64,000 bases of DNA from a bacterium (GCA_027624915.1 JAQBTR010000001.1:35609-99608), one strand, 5' to 3'. Numbered from the stretch's first letter, positions 10,802-20,536 are shown. A program made the numbers and translations. Notes: a model not told the origin generated them from the sequence alone.

Positions 10802-11344
10802 ATGAGTCGAGTAGGCAAACAACCAATTGAAGTGCCAGCTGGTGTAGAGGTATCAATCGAACCTCGCCAGGTGACAGTGAAGGGACCGAAAGGAACTCTT
10901 GCTTTTGTTATGCCTCACGGAATCGAAGTAAAGAAAGAAGAAAGCTCGCTCGTTGTAACAACAACACAAAAAACACTCAGCACTAAAAAACTTTGGGGTA
11001 CCGTACGTTCAATTATTGCGAATAATATTGACGGCGTTACAAAGGGGTTTGAAAAGAAACTCGAAGTAGAGGGGGTTGGTTTTCGAGTGACGCTTCAGGG
11101 TAAGGACTTAGAAATGACTCTTGGATTTTCTCACCCAGTGAAATTCCCAGCACCAGAGGGTGTTGAGTTTGTGGTTGAAAAAAACACTATTACAATAACA
11201 GGTCCATCAAAGGATGCAGTTGGCCGTGCAGCCGCTGAGATTCGTTCACTCAAAAAGCCGGAGCCCTACAAAGGTAAGGGTATTCACTATGTTGGTGAAA
11301 TTATAAAACGTAAGGCTGGTAAGAAAGCTATGGGATCCGCTTAA
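10802..11344 (+). CDS. rplF: 50S ribosomal protein L6
   Basis: MSRVGKQP, PEPYKGKGI. Confidence 0.98.
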   Translation: MSRVGKQPIEVPAGVEVSIEPRQVTVKGPKGTLAFVMPHGIEVKKEESSLVVTTTQKTLSTKKLWGTVRSIIANNIDGVTKGFEKKLEVEGVGFRVTLQGKDLEMTLGFSHPVKFPAPEGVEFVVEKNTITITGPSKDAVGRAAAEIRSLKKPEPYKGKGIHYVGEIIKRKAGKKAMGSA

Positions 11345-11353
11345 TACATCATT

Positions 11354-11701
11354 ATGTCTACTTCAACATCACGACAAAAACTAACAAGACGTCATGCTCG
11401 AGTTCGAGCTAAGATTTCGGGTACAGCTAAGTGCCCACGTATTTCTGTTTCTCGCTCTTCTCGTCACATACAAGCTCAACTTATTGATGATGAAAAGAAT
11501 GTAACACTTTTTGGTATGAGCGACCTGAAAGCAAAGAAAGGAACAAAAACAGAGCGTGCCGGAGCAATTGGTGCAGAAATAGCAAAAGCAGCTGCAGACA
11601 AAGGAATTAAAGAAGTCGTATTTGATCGTGGCGGGTTTAAGTACCATGGACGAGTTAAGGCATTAGCAGAAGCAGTCCGTCGCGGGGGGATTAAATTTTA
11701 A
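11354..11701 (+). CDS. rplR: 50S ribosomal protein L18
   Basis: VVFDRGGFKYHGRV. Confidence 0.97.
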   Translation: MSTSTSRQKLTRRHARVRAKISGTAKCPRISVSRSSRHIQAQLIDDEKNVTLFGMSDLKAKKGTKTERAGAIGAEIAKAAADKGIKEVVFDRGGFKYHGRVKALAEAVRRGGIKF

Positions 11702-11703
11702 AT

Positions 11704-12198
11704 ATGGTTAAACCACCTACACCAACAAAGCGAGGACGACAAGGACGCGGCCGAAAACCTCGAGATCCAGAAGAGGGATTGAATCGACTTCTCGACCTTC
11801 GTCGTGTGACACGTGTTGTGTCCGGAGGCCGTCGATTTAGTTTTCGTGCAACAGTTGTAGCCGGTACAAAAAACGGTGAGGTTGGCGTTGGAACTGGTAA
11901 GGGAACTGACACAGCACTCGCAATTGAAAAGGGATTAAGACGTGCAAAGGCAAACTTTGTTAAGTTTCCTATTACAAAAGATAAGTCTATTCCATATGAG
12001 GTGGAGGCAAAATTTGGTGCCTCACGTCTTAAACTTAAGCCAGCACGAAAGGGGCGTGGTTTAATAGCTGGTGGAGCGGTACGATTGGTACTTGAATTCG
12101 CTGGTGTAGAAAACGCAAGCGCCAAAATGATTTCCCGTGGTACTAATAAGCTCAACAACGCACTTTGTGCAGTTGAGGCTCTCAAAAAATTAAAATAA
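11704..12198 (+). CDS. rpsE: 30S ribosomal protein S5
   Basis: RRVTRVVSGGRRFSF, GLIAGG. Confidence 0.97.
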   Translation: MVKPPTPTKRGRQGRGRKPRDPEEGLNRLLDLRRVTRVVSGGRRFSFRATVVAGTKNGEVGVGTGKGTDTALAIEKGLRRAKANFVKFPITKDKSIPYEVEAKFGASRLKLKPARKGRGLIAGGAVRLVLEFAGVENASAKMISRGTNKLNNALCAVEALKKLK

Positions 12199-12202
12199 TA
12201 GT

Positions 12203-12682
12203 ATGCAATCTCACACCCTTACAGCAAGTAAAAATAGAACAAAGCGACGTGTTGGCCGCGGAGGAAAGCGCGGTAGTTTTTCTGGGCGTGGAATTAAGGG
12301 TCAAAAGGCTCGAGCAGGACGCAAGATGCGTCCAGAGCTCCGTGATATTATTAAGAAAATTCCTAAGCATAAAGGATACCGTCATTCCTACAGACCAAGT
12401 AATATAGTGACAGTACGAGCCTCATCCATCTCAAAAGCCTTCAAAGCTGGTGAAACAGTTACTCCAAAGACATTGGTAGAGAAGCGAATCGTAAAGCGTC
12501 TTTCAGGAAGGGTTCCAACTAATATTAGAATTCTTGGAGACAAGAAGCTTCTTGCAAAGCTTGATGTGAACGGTGTTACGTTTACAGGTGAGAGCAAGAG
12601 TAATGCTAAGACTAAGGCAAAACCAGAAGTAAAAGTAAAACCAGAAGTAAAAACGAAAGCCACAAAAACAAAGACTAAATAA
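12203..12682 (+). CDS. rplO: 50S ribosomal protein L15 with Lys-rich tail
   Basis: RVGRGGKRG..SGRGIKGQKAR. Confidence 0.93.
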   Translation: MQSHTLTASKNRTKRRVGRGGKRGSFSGRGIKGQKARAGRKMRPELRDIIKKIPKHKGYRHSYRPSNIVTVRASSISKAFKAGETVTPKTLVEKRIVKRLSGRVPTNIRILGDKKLLAKLDVNGVTFTGESKSNAKTKAKPEVKVKPEVKTKATKTKTK

Positions 12683-13944
12683 TGAATACACTAGCAGCTA
12701 TTTTTAAAGACAAGGACCTTCGAACACGAATCCTTTTTGTTTTGGGTTTCTTGGGTGTTTTTCGACTTTTGGCGGTAGTCCCAATTCCAAATATTGATAC
12801 AAGCCAGTTAGCAGGTTTTCTTTCAGGTAATAACTTTCTTGGACTTTTGAATATCTTCTCGGGAGGTGGACTCGATAACATTTCTATTGTGATGCTCGGT
12901 GTTGGTCCATATATTACAGCCTCAATTATCATGCAGCTCTTCACTATGATCTTTCCTTCTTTGAAGGAGATGTATCAAGAAGATGGTGAGGCAGGCCGAC
13001 GCAAGTTTAATCAGTATTCACGACTTTTAACTGTGCCCCTCGCATTTTTGCAGGCGTATGGAATTTTGACACTTCTCATTAGACAGGGCGCACTTCCAGA
13101 GCTCGCGGCTTTTGGCATGTTTACAAGCATGATGGTGGCTGCCGCCGGTAGCATCCTTCTTATGTGGATGGGTGAGCTTATCACCGAGTATGGCATTGGC
13201 AACGGTGTATCATTGATTATCTTTGCAGGTATTGTCGCCTCAATTCCACAAACAGCTCAGCAAATTATTTTTCAGTATGATCCAACACTCTTGCCGACTA
13301 TCATTGGATTCTTGATTGTATCCATTTTGGTTATTGCAGGCGTTGTCATGGTAAGTGAGGCCGAACGACCGGTTCCGATTTCGTACGCACGACGTGTACG
13401 CGGCTCAAAAGTATACGGTGGTGTTTCAACCTACCTACCGCTTCGAGTTAATCAAGCGGGAGTCATCCCAATTATTTTTGCGCTTTCAATTCTTATCTTT
13501 CCATCAATTGTAGGAAGCTTCTTGGCAGCTGCCTCAAACCCAACTATTGCTGCCATCGGTTCTTATTTGGCCAACTTTCTAAACAACCTTTGGTTATATG
13601 GAATCTTTTACTTTATTTTGGTTGTTGCGTTCACATACTTTTATACGGCCGTCACATTTGATCCAGATGCAATCTCTAGTAACCTGCAAAAGCAAGGAGG
13701 ATTTATTCCTGGTATTCGTCCTGGACCATCGACCTCGCAGTTTCTTTCTCGACTTATCACGCGAATTACACTCGTTGGAGCCCTGTTCCTTGGTGTAGTT
13801 GCTGTTTTGCCTATTGCGATGCAGGGGCTCTTGGGAACGGCAACTCTTACGCTTGGAGGTACTGCACTTCTCATCGTGGTATCGGTGGTTCTTGAAACAC
13901 TCAAACAGGTGAAAGCGCAGATGACACTCCGCGAATACGACTAA
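12682..13944 (+). CDS. secY: Preprotein translocase SecY
   Basis: LGVGPYITASII, GIGNGVSLII, FIPGIRPG, GGTALLIVV. Confidence 0.98.
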   Translation: MNTLAAIFKDKDLRTRILFVLGFLGVFRLLAVVPIPNIDTSQLAGFLSGNNFLGLLNIFSGGGLDNISIVMLGVGPYITASIIMQLFTMIFPSLKEMYQEDGEAGRRKFNQYSRLLTVPLAFLQAYGILTLLIRQGALPELAAFGMFTSMMVAAAGSILLMWMGELITEYGIGNGVSLIIFAGIVASIPQTAQQIIFQYDPTLLPTIIGFLIVSILVIAGVVMVSEAERPVPISYARRVRGSKVYGGVSTYLPLRVNQAGVIPIIFALSILIFPSIVGSFLAAASNPTIAAIGSYLANFLNNLWLYGIFYFILVVAFTYFYTAVTFDPDAISSNLQKQGGFIPGIRPGPSTSQFLSRLITRITLVGALFLGVVAVLPIAMQGLLGTATLTLGGTALLIVVSVVLETLKQVKAQMTLREYD

Positions 13945-14001
13945 TCCCTCGGGCGGTTTTTTGGTCTTTTTTTCGTATACTCAATATGCAATACTGTCTT
14001 C

Positions 14002-14691
14002 ATGGCATTCCCAAAGGCAATCCTCTTCGTTGGCCCACCAGGGTCCGGTAAGGGAACTCAAGCAGATGAAGTTCTCTCACGTTTTGACGGGTTTGTGCTT
14101 TTTGATACGGGACGAGAGATAGAAAAGACAGTTAATGATCCAAAACAGCTCGAGGACCCCGCCATTCGAATGGAGAAAGAAATGTTTGAGAAGGGCGAGC
14201 TTAACACTTCGTCTTGGGTTCAGGACTTGGTGAGAGATGGAATCAAAAGAATCTCAATGTCAGGGCAGGGGGTTATTCTCTCTGGTTCACCACGAACACG
14301 AGAAGAAGCGCAGTTTCTTATACCACTTCTGTTTGAAGTGTATGGAGAGGGTTCAGTTACGGTTTTTCAGCTTTTTGTAAGTGAAGAAACATCAATATTT
14401 AGAAATGGACACAGACGAATTTGCGAAACATGCGGTAGGTCAATAATGTGGTCAGAAGAAAACAAGGAAATTACATTTTGTCCTGTGTGTGGTGGTAAGG
14501 TTATCACGCGCGCACTTGATAAGCCCGAGATTATAAAAGATAGACTCAAGGTGTATAGGCGAAGGACGGAAGCTATCATGCCATTTATACGAGCGCTTGG
14601 GATTTCAATAATTGAAATTAATGGAGAACAGACACCCGATGCCGTGAGTGCGCAAGTTATTGGTACATTAAACGAACTAGCGTCTCATTAA
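14002..14691 (+). CDS. adk: Adenylate kinase-family NMP kinase with zinc LID
   Basis: GPPGSGKGT P-loop, GSPR, CxxC...CxxC; follows secY. Confidence 0.88.
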   Translation: MAFPKAILFVGPPGSGKGTQADEVLSRFDGFVLFDTGREIEKTVNDPKQLEDPAIRMEKEMFEKGELNTSSWVQDLVRDGIKRISMSGQGVILSGSPRTREEAQFLIPLLFEVYGEGSVTVFQLFVSEETSIFRNGHRRICETCGRSIMWSEENKEITFCPVCGGKVITRALDKPEIIKDRLKVYRRRTEAIMPFIRALGISIIEINGEQTPDAVSAQVIGTLNELASH

Positions 14692-14839
14692 ATGAATTTT
14701 ATAATTCATAATCCCAAAATTTCGGCTACGACTCATCAGAAATTTTTCAAAGTATCTATGGATATTCCTCAAAATTTTTGATTTCGTCTCACTCAAAATT
14801 TTAAGATTCTTAATCACAAAATTAAATTAACAAGACACT
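14679..14839. repeat. ~161-bp imperfect palindromic element, copy A
   Basis: About 43-bp imperfect terminal inverted repeats; core AAATTTCGGCTACGAC...TTCGTCTCACTCAAAATTT shared with 48308 and 50956. Confidence 0.8.
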
Positions 14840-14842
14840 CAA

Positions 14843-15601
14843 ATGATTATTACAAACCCAAGTGCAATAGAAAATCTTCGCGAGGGCGGTAAAAAACTTG
14901 CTGAAATTTTACGTATGGTGGTTAGTCACGTAAAACCAGGTGTTATGACGATTGAGCTAGATCAGTTAGCAGAAGAAGCAATTTTAAAAGCTGGCGGTCG
15001 CCCATCGTTTAAGAATTATAAGACCGAGGGAACACGAGGTGCATATCCTGCGACCCTCTGTGTTTCACTTAATAATGAAATTGTTCATGGCATTCCAGGT
15101 CGCTATGTAATTAAGGAGGGAGATGTTGTTAGTCTTGATATAGGCATGCAGTACAAACAGATTTTTACTGACACGGCACTAACTGTTTCTGTTGGAGATG
15201 TTGGTGAAGACGTGGAACGTCTAATACGAGCAACAAAAAGGTCTCTTGATGTGGGCATTGAGGCTGCTGGCCCAGATGTTCCTATAGGGACAATTGGTAG
15301 TACAATTCAGAATCACCTAGAAGGAGAGGGTTTTGGTGTTGTTCGAGAGCTTGTTGGACATGGCGTTGGCGCTGATGTACATGAAGAACCAGAAATTCCT
15401 AATTGGGGCACAGAGGGACAGGGAGAAAAACTTGTTCCTGGCATGGTATTAGCGCTCGAACCAATGGCAACGTTGGGTTCTCCAGACGTTTCTCCAAGCG
15501 AAGACGGATGGGTGTGGTCAACGGCTGATGGTAGTATGTCTGCCCATTTTGAACATACAATTTTAATAACTGAAAACGGAAGAGAAATCATAACTAAATG
15601 A
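14843..15601 (+). CDS. map: Methionine aminopeptidase type I
   Basis: CVSLNNEIVHGIP, GHGVG..HEEP, SAHFEHT. Confidence 0.97.
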   Translation: MIITNPSAIENLREGGKKLAEILRMVVSHVKPGVMTIELDQLAEEAILKAGGRPSFKNYKTEGTRGAYPATLCVSLNNEIVHGIPGRYVIKEGDVVSLDIGMQYKQIFTDTALTVSVGDVGEDVERLIRATKRSLDVGIEAAGPDVPIGTIGSTIQNHLEGEGFGVVRELVGHGVGADVHEEPEIPNWGTEGQGEKLVPGMVLALEPMATLGSPDVSPSEDGWVWSTADGSMSAHFEHTILITENGREIITK

Positions 15602-15603
15602 GT

Positions 15604-15718
15604 CCCGTTAGAGGCCGCGGTCACAAATAAAAAATAAAAATATGTATAAAATTCAGGTAAAAATTTGTTTAATTAAAAAAAATGCATGTCGCAGCAAACG
15701 CGACCTGCCTCTAACGGG
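15604..15718. mobile_element. 115-bp MITE-like element with 6-bp target duplication ATGAGT
   Basis: ATGAGT|CCCGTTAGAGGC...GCCTCTAACGGG|ATGAGT. Confidence 0.8.
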
Positions 15719-16129
15719 ATGAGTCGAATCTTGGGATTAGATTATGGAATGCGCCGCATAGGGATAGCCTTGAGTGATGAGCGTGGTATGATGGGATTTC
15801 CATACGGTGTTTTGGATACAAAAGAAATGGAAGAAAAAGAGATTTTTGAGTACTTCGAGTCTTTGTGCAAAAAGGAAAGCGTTGGGGATATTGTACTTGG
15901 TATTCCTCGTGGACTGTCAGAAATGCAGGAAACCGAGATGACAGACCGCACGTTCACATTTGGTAAAAAGCTCAAAAAATTTGATATACCAGTACACTTT
16001 ATAGATGAATTTCTCTCGACAAAAGAAGCTAAACACGGCCCAACAACAAAGGAAAACATTGATGCGTCAGCTGCAACTATAATTCTCCAAAGTTTTATCG
16101 ATTCTAGAAAACAATTTGTGCTAGAATAA
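15719..16129 (+). CDS. yqgF: YqgF/RuvX family pre-16S rRNA nuclease (start corrected to ATG 15719)
   Basis: ILGLDYG..RIGIALSD, DEFLST, IDASAA.IILQSF. Confidence 0.93.
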   Translation: MSRILGLDYGMRRIGIALSDERGMMGFPYGVLDTKEMEEKEIFEYFESLCKKESVGDIVLGIPRGLSEMQETEMTDRTFTFGKKLKKFDIPVHFIDEFLSTKEAKHGPTTKENIDASAATIILQSFIDSRKQFVLE

Positions 16130-16133
16130 TTAC

Positions 16134-16868
16134 ATGAATCCACATCTTTCTGTAATCATTCCAGCATATAAAGAGGAGAAGAGACTCTCCAAATCTTTTA
16201 CTATGTTTGTTGATTATCTATCGGCTCAACCCTTTGAGTGGGAGCTTATTATTGTTGTCGATGGATCTCCTGACAAGACGGGTGAGGTTGCAAAAAAACT
16301 TGCACAAAATAACCCAAGCGTGCGTGTTATAGATCGTAAGGATAACCATGGCAAGGGTTATACCGTTCGCGAGGGCCTTTTGGCAGCCAATGGTGATATT
16401 AGACTTTTTGCTGACGCAGACAACTCAACCGACATTAATCATTTTGATAAGATGAAATCTCTTTTTGAAAATGGAGCAGATGTCGTAATTTGTTCACGAG
16501 ACGCAAAGGATGCGGCAGGTGCTTCCCAAGCAGTTAAACAACCTATTTTAAAACGAACACTTGGTAATCTCGGAAATCTCTACATACAGATAATGGCAGT
16601 ATGGGGAATTTGGGATACGCAATGTGGCTTCAAAGCATTTTCTGCAAAAGCTGCTGAAGATATTTTTTCAGTATCAAAAATTGATCGTTGGGGTTTTGAT
16701 GTAGAAACTTTAGCACTCGCACGACATTTTAAATATAAGATTGAAATTGTCCCAGCGTATTGGATTAACGACACGGCAAGCACCGTTACTCTTTCCGGAT
16801 ATCTAAAAGTGCTTTGGGAAACTCTTTTGGTTAGGTGGTGGCTGCTAACGGGAGGATATAAAAAATAA
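16134..16868 (+). CDS. GT2 glycosyltransferase (polyprenol-phosphate glycosyltransferase-like)
   Basis: SVIIPAY, DGSPD, GKG, DAD, DTQCGFK, WGFDVE. Confidence 0.9.
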   Translation: MNPHLSVIIPAYKEEKRLSKSFTMFVDYLSAQPFEWELIIVVDGSPDKTGEVAKKLAQNNPSVRVIDRKDNHGKGYTVREGLLAANGDIRLFADADNSTDINHFDKMKSLFENGADVVICSRDAKDAAGASQAVKQPILKRTLGNLGNLYIQIMAVWGIWDTQCGFKAFSAKAAEDIFSVSKIDRWGFDVETLALARHFKYKIEIVPAYWINDTASTVTLSGYLKVLWETLLVRWWLLTGGYKK

Positions 16869-17896
16869 TGGATAAAGATAATATTCCAGAACTTCGCCAA
16901 AACCCCGTAAGCGGCGATTGGCAACTAGTAGCACCGGGACGCCGTGGCCGTCCCGATCAGTTTATTCGTGAGAAAAAAGACAAAAAAGTACCAAAGAGTA
17001 AGTGCGCATTCGAAAATCCTCAAAAGTCTGGCAATGGTGAGCCAATCGTTTGGTATTCAAAAGATGGTGAGGAACATGACCCGGTTCGTCAAAAGGATTG
17101 GTTGGTGCAGGTAATACCAAATAAGTATCCAGCGCTTGTTCCACATGAGAATACGTGTCCGACAGCATCATCTCTTGATCTCACTCGTAAAATGGAGGGG
17201 AGAGGATTTCATGAGGTTGTTATATCACGTGACCATGAGCGTTCACTTGCGGACATGACGGCCGAAGAGGGGGAACCTGTTGTCCGAGCTTACCATGACA
17301 GGAGTCGGGCGCTTACTAAGGAGGATTGTTTAAAGTACACTATTATTTTTCATAACCATGGCGAGGCGGCTGGCGCTTCCATTGCTCACCCACATTCTCA
17401 AATTTTGGCATTGCCAATTATTCCGACCGACGTTCGTCGGTCGCTAGACGGCTCTTTGCGTAACAAAGAGAAGTTTGGAAAGTGTGTTCATTGCGAAATG
17501 ATTGCCTTTGAACAAAAGCAAAAGGTTCGGGTTATCTATCAAAATAAAAAATTTATAGTGATAGCACCTTTTGCATCAAGCGTTAATTTTGAGATGCGAA
17601 TTTTTCCGCTAAAACACGAGTCACACTTTGAGCACGTAGATGGCAAGGATCTTATTGATCTTTCTGACGCTCTCACAACGGCACTACACAAGTTACAGGT
17701 AGTATTAAAACATCCAGCATTTAACTTTTTTATTCATACGGCACCCATGCATGAAGGACAATACATGTTTTATCACTGGCACCTTGAGATTTTTCCTAAG
17801 ACGTCTCACATGGCTGGTGTGGAGTTGGGTACAGGAATTGAGGTTGTTACAATGCCACCAGAAGATGCCGCCAAGTTTTTACGAGAAGCAAAGTAG
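16868..17896 (+). CDS. galT: Galactose-1-phosphate uridylyltransferase family protein
   Basis: NKYPAL, GFHEVV, AGASIAHPHSQ, HWHLE. Confidence 0.9.
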   Translation: MDKDNIPELRQNPVSGDWQLVAPGRRGRPDQFIREKKDKKVPKSKCAFENPQKSGNGEPIVWYSKDGEEHDPVRQKDWLVQVIPNKYPALVPHENTCPTASSLDLTRKMEGRGFHEVVISRDHERSLADMTAEEGEPVVRAYHDRSRALTKEDCLKYTIIFHNHGEAAGASIAHPHSQILALPIIPTDVRRSLDGSLRNKEKFGKCVHCEMIAFEQKQKVRVIYQNKKFIVIAPFASSVNFEMRIFPLKHESHFEHVDGKDLIDLSDALTTALHKLQVVLKHPAFNFFIHTAPMHEGQYMFYHWHLEIFPKTSHMAGVELGTGIEVVTMPPEDAAKFLREAK

Positions 17897-17912
17897 ATTC
17901 TAAATACATTTT

Positions 17913-18662
17913 ATGAAAAACATAATTGTAGGTAACTGGAAGATGAACCCCAAGACCAAAAAAGAGGCCGAAAGTCTTGCAAAATCAGTCATAAAGGGAA
18001 TTGGCTCAAGTTCAAAAGTAGACGTAGTAATAGCACCCCCCCACGTTTTTCTAGGGGCTATTTCGGGCTCAAAAGCAGTATCTCTGGGGGCTCAGGATGC
18101 CTTCTATGAGCCTTCTGGGTCACAGACGGGTGAAGTATCCCCCCTGATGGTAAAGAGCCTTGGGGTTAAATATGTGATTCTTGGGCACTCATCGCGTAGG
18201 GCTCGTGGTGAGACGGATGAGGTCATAGCAAAGAAGGTTATAGAGGTCTTGAAGTCAGGGCTTGTGCCCATAGTATGTATTGGAGAGCGAGAGCGTGACC
18301 ATGATGGCAGGTTTTTGGCAGCAATAAAAGATCAGCTCATGTCTGCATTTTCAAAAGTTGCACGCAAGGATATTACAAAAGTTATAGTTACGTATGAACC
18401 AGTATGGGCAATTAGTGCAAATAAGTCTTCCCATCCAGCAAGTCCAGGGGACGCAAATGAAGCAGCACTTTTTATTCGAAAGACACTCGCACATAATTAT
18501 GGCATTCCAATCGCCAAAAAAGTTCGTATAATCTATGGAGGCTCATCTAATGCTAAAAATGCTGAATCTTTTTTGGCCGAACGCGAGGTTGCTGGTTTGC
18601 TGGTTGGTAGCGCAAGTTTAAATGCAAAAGAATTTGTAGAGATGGTAAAATGCGCCAGATAA
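17913..18662 (+). CDS. tpiA: Triosephosphate isomerase
   Basis: GNWKMN, GHS.RR, YEPVWAI, YGGS. Confidence 0.96.
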   Translation: MKNIIVGNWKMNPKTKKEAESLAKSVIKGIGSSSKVDVVIAPPHVFLGAISGSKAVSLGAQDAFYEPSGSQTGEVSPLMVKSLGVKYVILGHSSRRARGETDEVIAKKVIEVLKSGLVPIVCIGERERDHDGRFLAAIKDQLMSAFSKVARKDITKVIVTYEPVWAISANKSSHPASPGDANEAALFIRKTLAHNYGIPIAKKVRIIYGGSSNAKNAESFLAEREVAGLLVGSASLNAKEFVEMVKCAR

Positions 18663-19789
18663 AATTTAAAAAACTTCCTAAGAATTTAAAAGACAAAACA
18701 GTACTATTGCGTGCTGGTTTTAATGAACCCGTAAAAAGTGGAAAAATTATTGATACCTTCAGAATTAAAAGTATTGCACCAACCGTACAAGAATTACATA
18801 GACGCAGCGCCCAACTGATAATCTGTGCTCACTTAGAGGGGCCATCTGGTAAGCCAGTTTCTTTTGCACCTTACGTTTCGCAAATCGAAAAAATACTCAA
18901 AACAGATGTAGTCTTTGTTAAGAATTACAAAAAACTACCAGACACCAAGGGTAAGCCTATATTTTTAGAAAACCTACGTCTTAACAAGGGAGAAAAGAAA
19001 AACGATCCAAAGTTCGCAAAACTTTTGGCTTCTCTAGCGGACGTATATGTTAATGAGGCGTTTTCAGTAAGCCATAGAAAACATGCCTCCGTTGTTGGCG
19101 TACCAAACTATTTGCCTTCATTCGCAGGCCCTCTTTTTTTACGAGAGATTTCCAAGCTCTCAGAAGTGCAAAAGCCGAAACACCCATACTTGGTAATGAT
19201 TGGCGGCGCAAAATTTTCAACCAAGTACGGACTTTTGAAAGAGCTTCTGAAACAAGCAGATGGCGTATTCGTTGGTGGCGCGCTCGCTAATACATTTTTG
19301 GCGGCCCACGATATCGAAATTGGCCAATCTGTTTATGAGCCATCAGCAATTAAGGATATAAAACGAAACCTACTTAAAAACAAAAAAATAATGCTCCCGT
19401 TTGATGTTGAGGTTAGGGGATCACACAAGAGCAAGAGTATATTTGAAGTAAAAAAATCAGAAGCAATTTTTGATATTGGAAAAGAGACCATAGAACTTTT
19501 AACAACTCTCGCCAAAAGTACAAAATATCTTCTGTGGAACGGTCCTCTGGGCTTCACTGAAAGGGGATATGATAAGGGAACCCGTGAGCTTCTAAAGGCT
19601 TTTGCCAAGATTAAATCAACCAAGGTAATTATCGGTGGTGGAGATACTCTTGTTGAGATAGACCAGCTTAGGTATCACGACAAGTTTTATCATGTCTCAA
19701 CCGGTGGCGGCGCCATGCTCGATTTTTTGGCAGAGGGTACATTACCGGGACTAGAGGCTATTATTAAGAGTCAAAAAAAGTTAAAATAA
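18650..19789 (+). CDS. pgk: Phosphoglycerate kinase
   Basis: LENLR, HRKHAS, WNGPLG, GGGDT, HVSTGGGA. Confidence 0.96.
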   Translation: MRQIKFKKLPKNLKDKTVLLRAGFNEPVKSGKIIDTFRIKSIAPTVQELHRRSAQLIICAHLEGPSGKPVSFAPYVSQIEKILKTDVVFVKNYKKLPDTKGKPIFLENLRLNKGEKKNDPKFAKLLASLADVYVNEAFSVSHRKHASVVGVPNYLPSFAGPLFLREISKLSEVQKPKHPYLVMIGGAKFSTKYGLLKELLKQADGVFVGGALANTFLAAHDIEIGQSVYEPSAIKDIKRNLLKNKKIMLPFDVEVRGSHKSKSIFEVKKSEAIFDIGKETIELLTTLAKSTKYLLWNGPLGFTERGYDKGTRELLKAFAKIKSTKVIIGGGDTLVEIDQLRYHDKFYHVSTGGGAMLDFLAEGTLPGLEAIIKSQKKLK

Positions 19790-19793
19790 TCTT

Positions 19794-19982
19794 ATGTTAG
19801 GAGCCAAAGAACAACAAACAGCGGAAGAAAAATCATCGAGTTGGGTATGGGTGTTATTTATCATATTTGCCGCAGGTGTGCTTTTACTAGCCTGGTACTC
19901 TTCCCAAATCTTTTTGCTTGAGGAGGATTCTGTTGAGCAGGACTCTCAATTTCTCATTCCTCCAAAGGCGTTAAAAAAATAA
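19794..19982 (+). CDS. Small single-TM protein
   Basis: One hydrophobic helix; TAAAAT 6 nt before the ATG. Confidence 0.65.
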   Translation: MLGAKEQQTAEEKSSSWVWVLFIIFAAGVLLLAWYSSQIFLLEEDSVEQDSQFLIPPKALKK

Positions 19983-20536
19983 TGAACAACGAAGTTCATC
20001 CAAACAGGATCCTTTTTTATTTTATAGCGCTAAGTGCGATACTTCTTTTAGGTGTCTACTGGTACTCCCAGATGTATGTCATCGAAGAAGAAAATCTTTT
20101 GATTGATACGGTTAACAGCGTAGCCCCACCCGGAAGTATTTCAGACGATACTCAAAATTGGGAAACCTACCGCAACGAAGAATTTGGGTTTGAGTTAGTT
20201 TTCGGAGATGATTGGGGCGGGTATAAGATTGTGGAAAAAAGATATGATGGCGGTGTAGTTGGTTTTCTTTTCTGTCTACCTACACTACAAGAAAACTATC
20301 CTGATTCTGGTTGCGTTGAGGAGGAGATATATAGTGGATATGCCTCAGTGTTTTATTTGGTTTTAACTCCACGAAATGATTGGGTTGAGCCTGGAGATGA
20401 ACCAGGAGCGTCGTATTTAGATGAGAATGCGACTTATGTTGCTGCAATTGCGGGGCCACACGATATTCCAGACGACCTTATGGTTCAGTATATGGACAGA
20501 GAAAAAGTTATAAAAACCTTCAAGTTTATCCAATAG
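19982..20536 (+). CDS. Membrane-anchored acidic exported protein
   Basis: N-terminal TM; WETYRNEEFGFEL motif and C-terminal TFKF, a pattern I recall from CPR PsbP-like surface proteins. Confidence 0.7.
   Translation: MNNEVHPNRILFYFIALSAILLLGVYWYSQMYVIEEENLLIDTVNSVAPPGSISDDTQNWETYRNEEFGFELVFGDDWGGYKIVEKRYDGGVVGFLFCLPTLQENYPDSGCVEEEIYSGYASVFYLVLTPRNDWVEPGDEPGASYLDENATYVAAIAGPHDIPDDLMVQYMDREKVIKTFKFIQ

Noticed and set aside
15686-15718. N-terminal extension MSQQTRPASNG on YqgF
   Set aside because: It is translated from the right end of the inserted element; the real start is ATG 15719.
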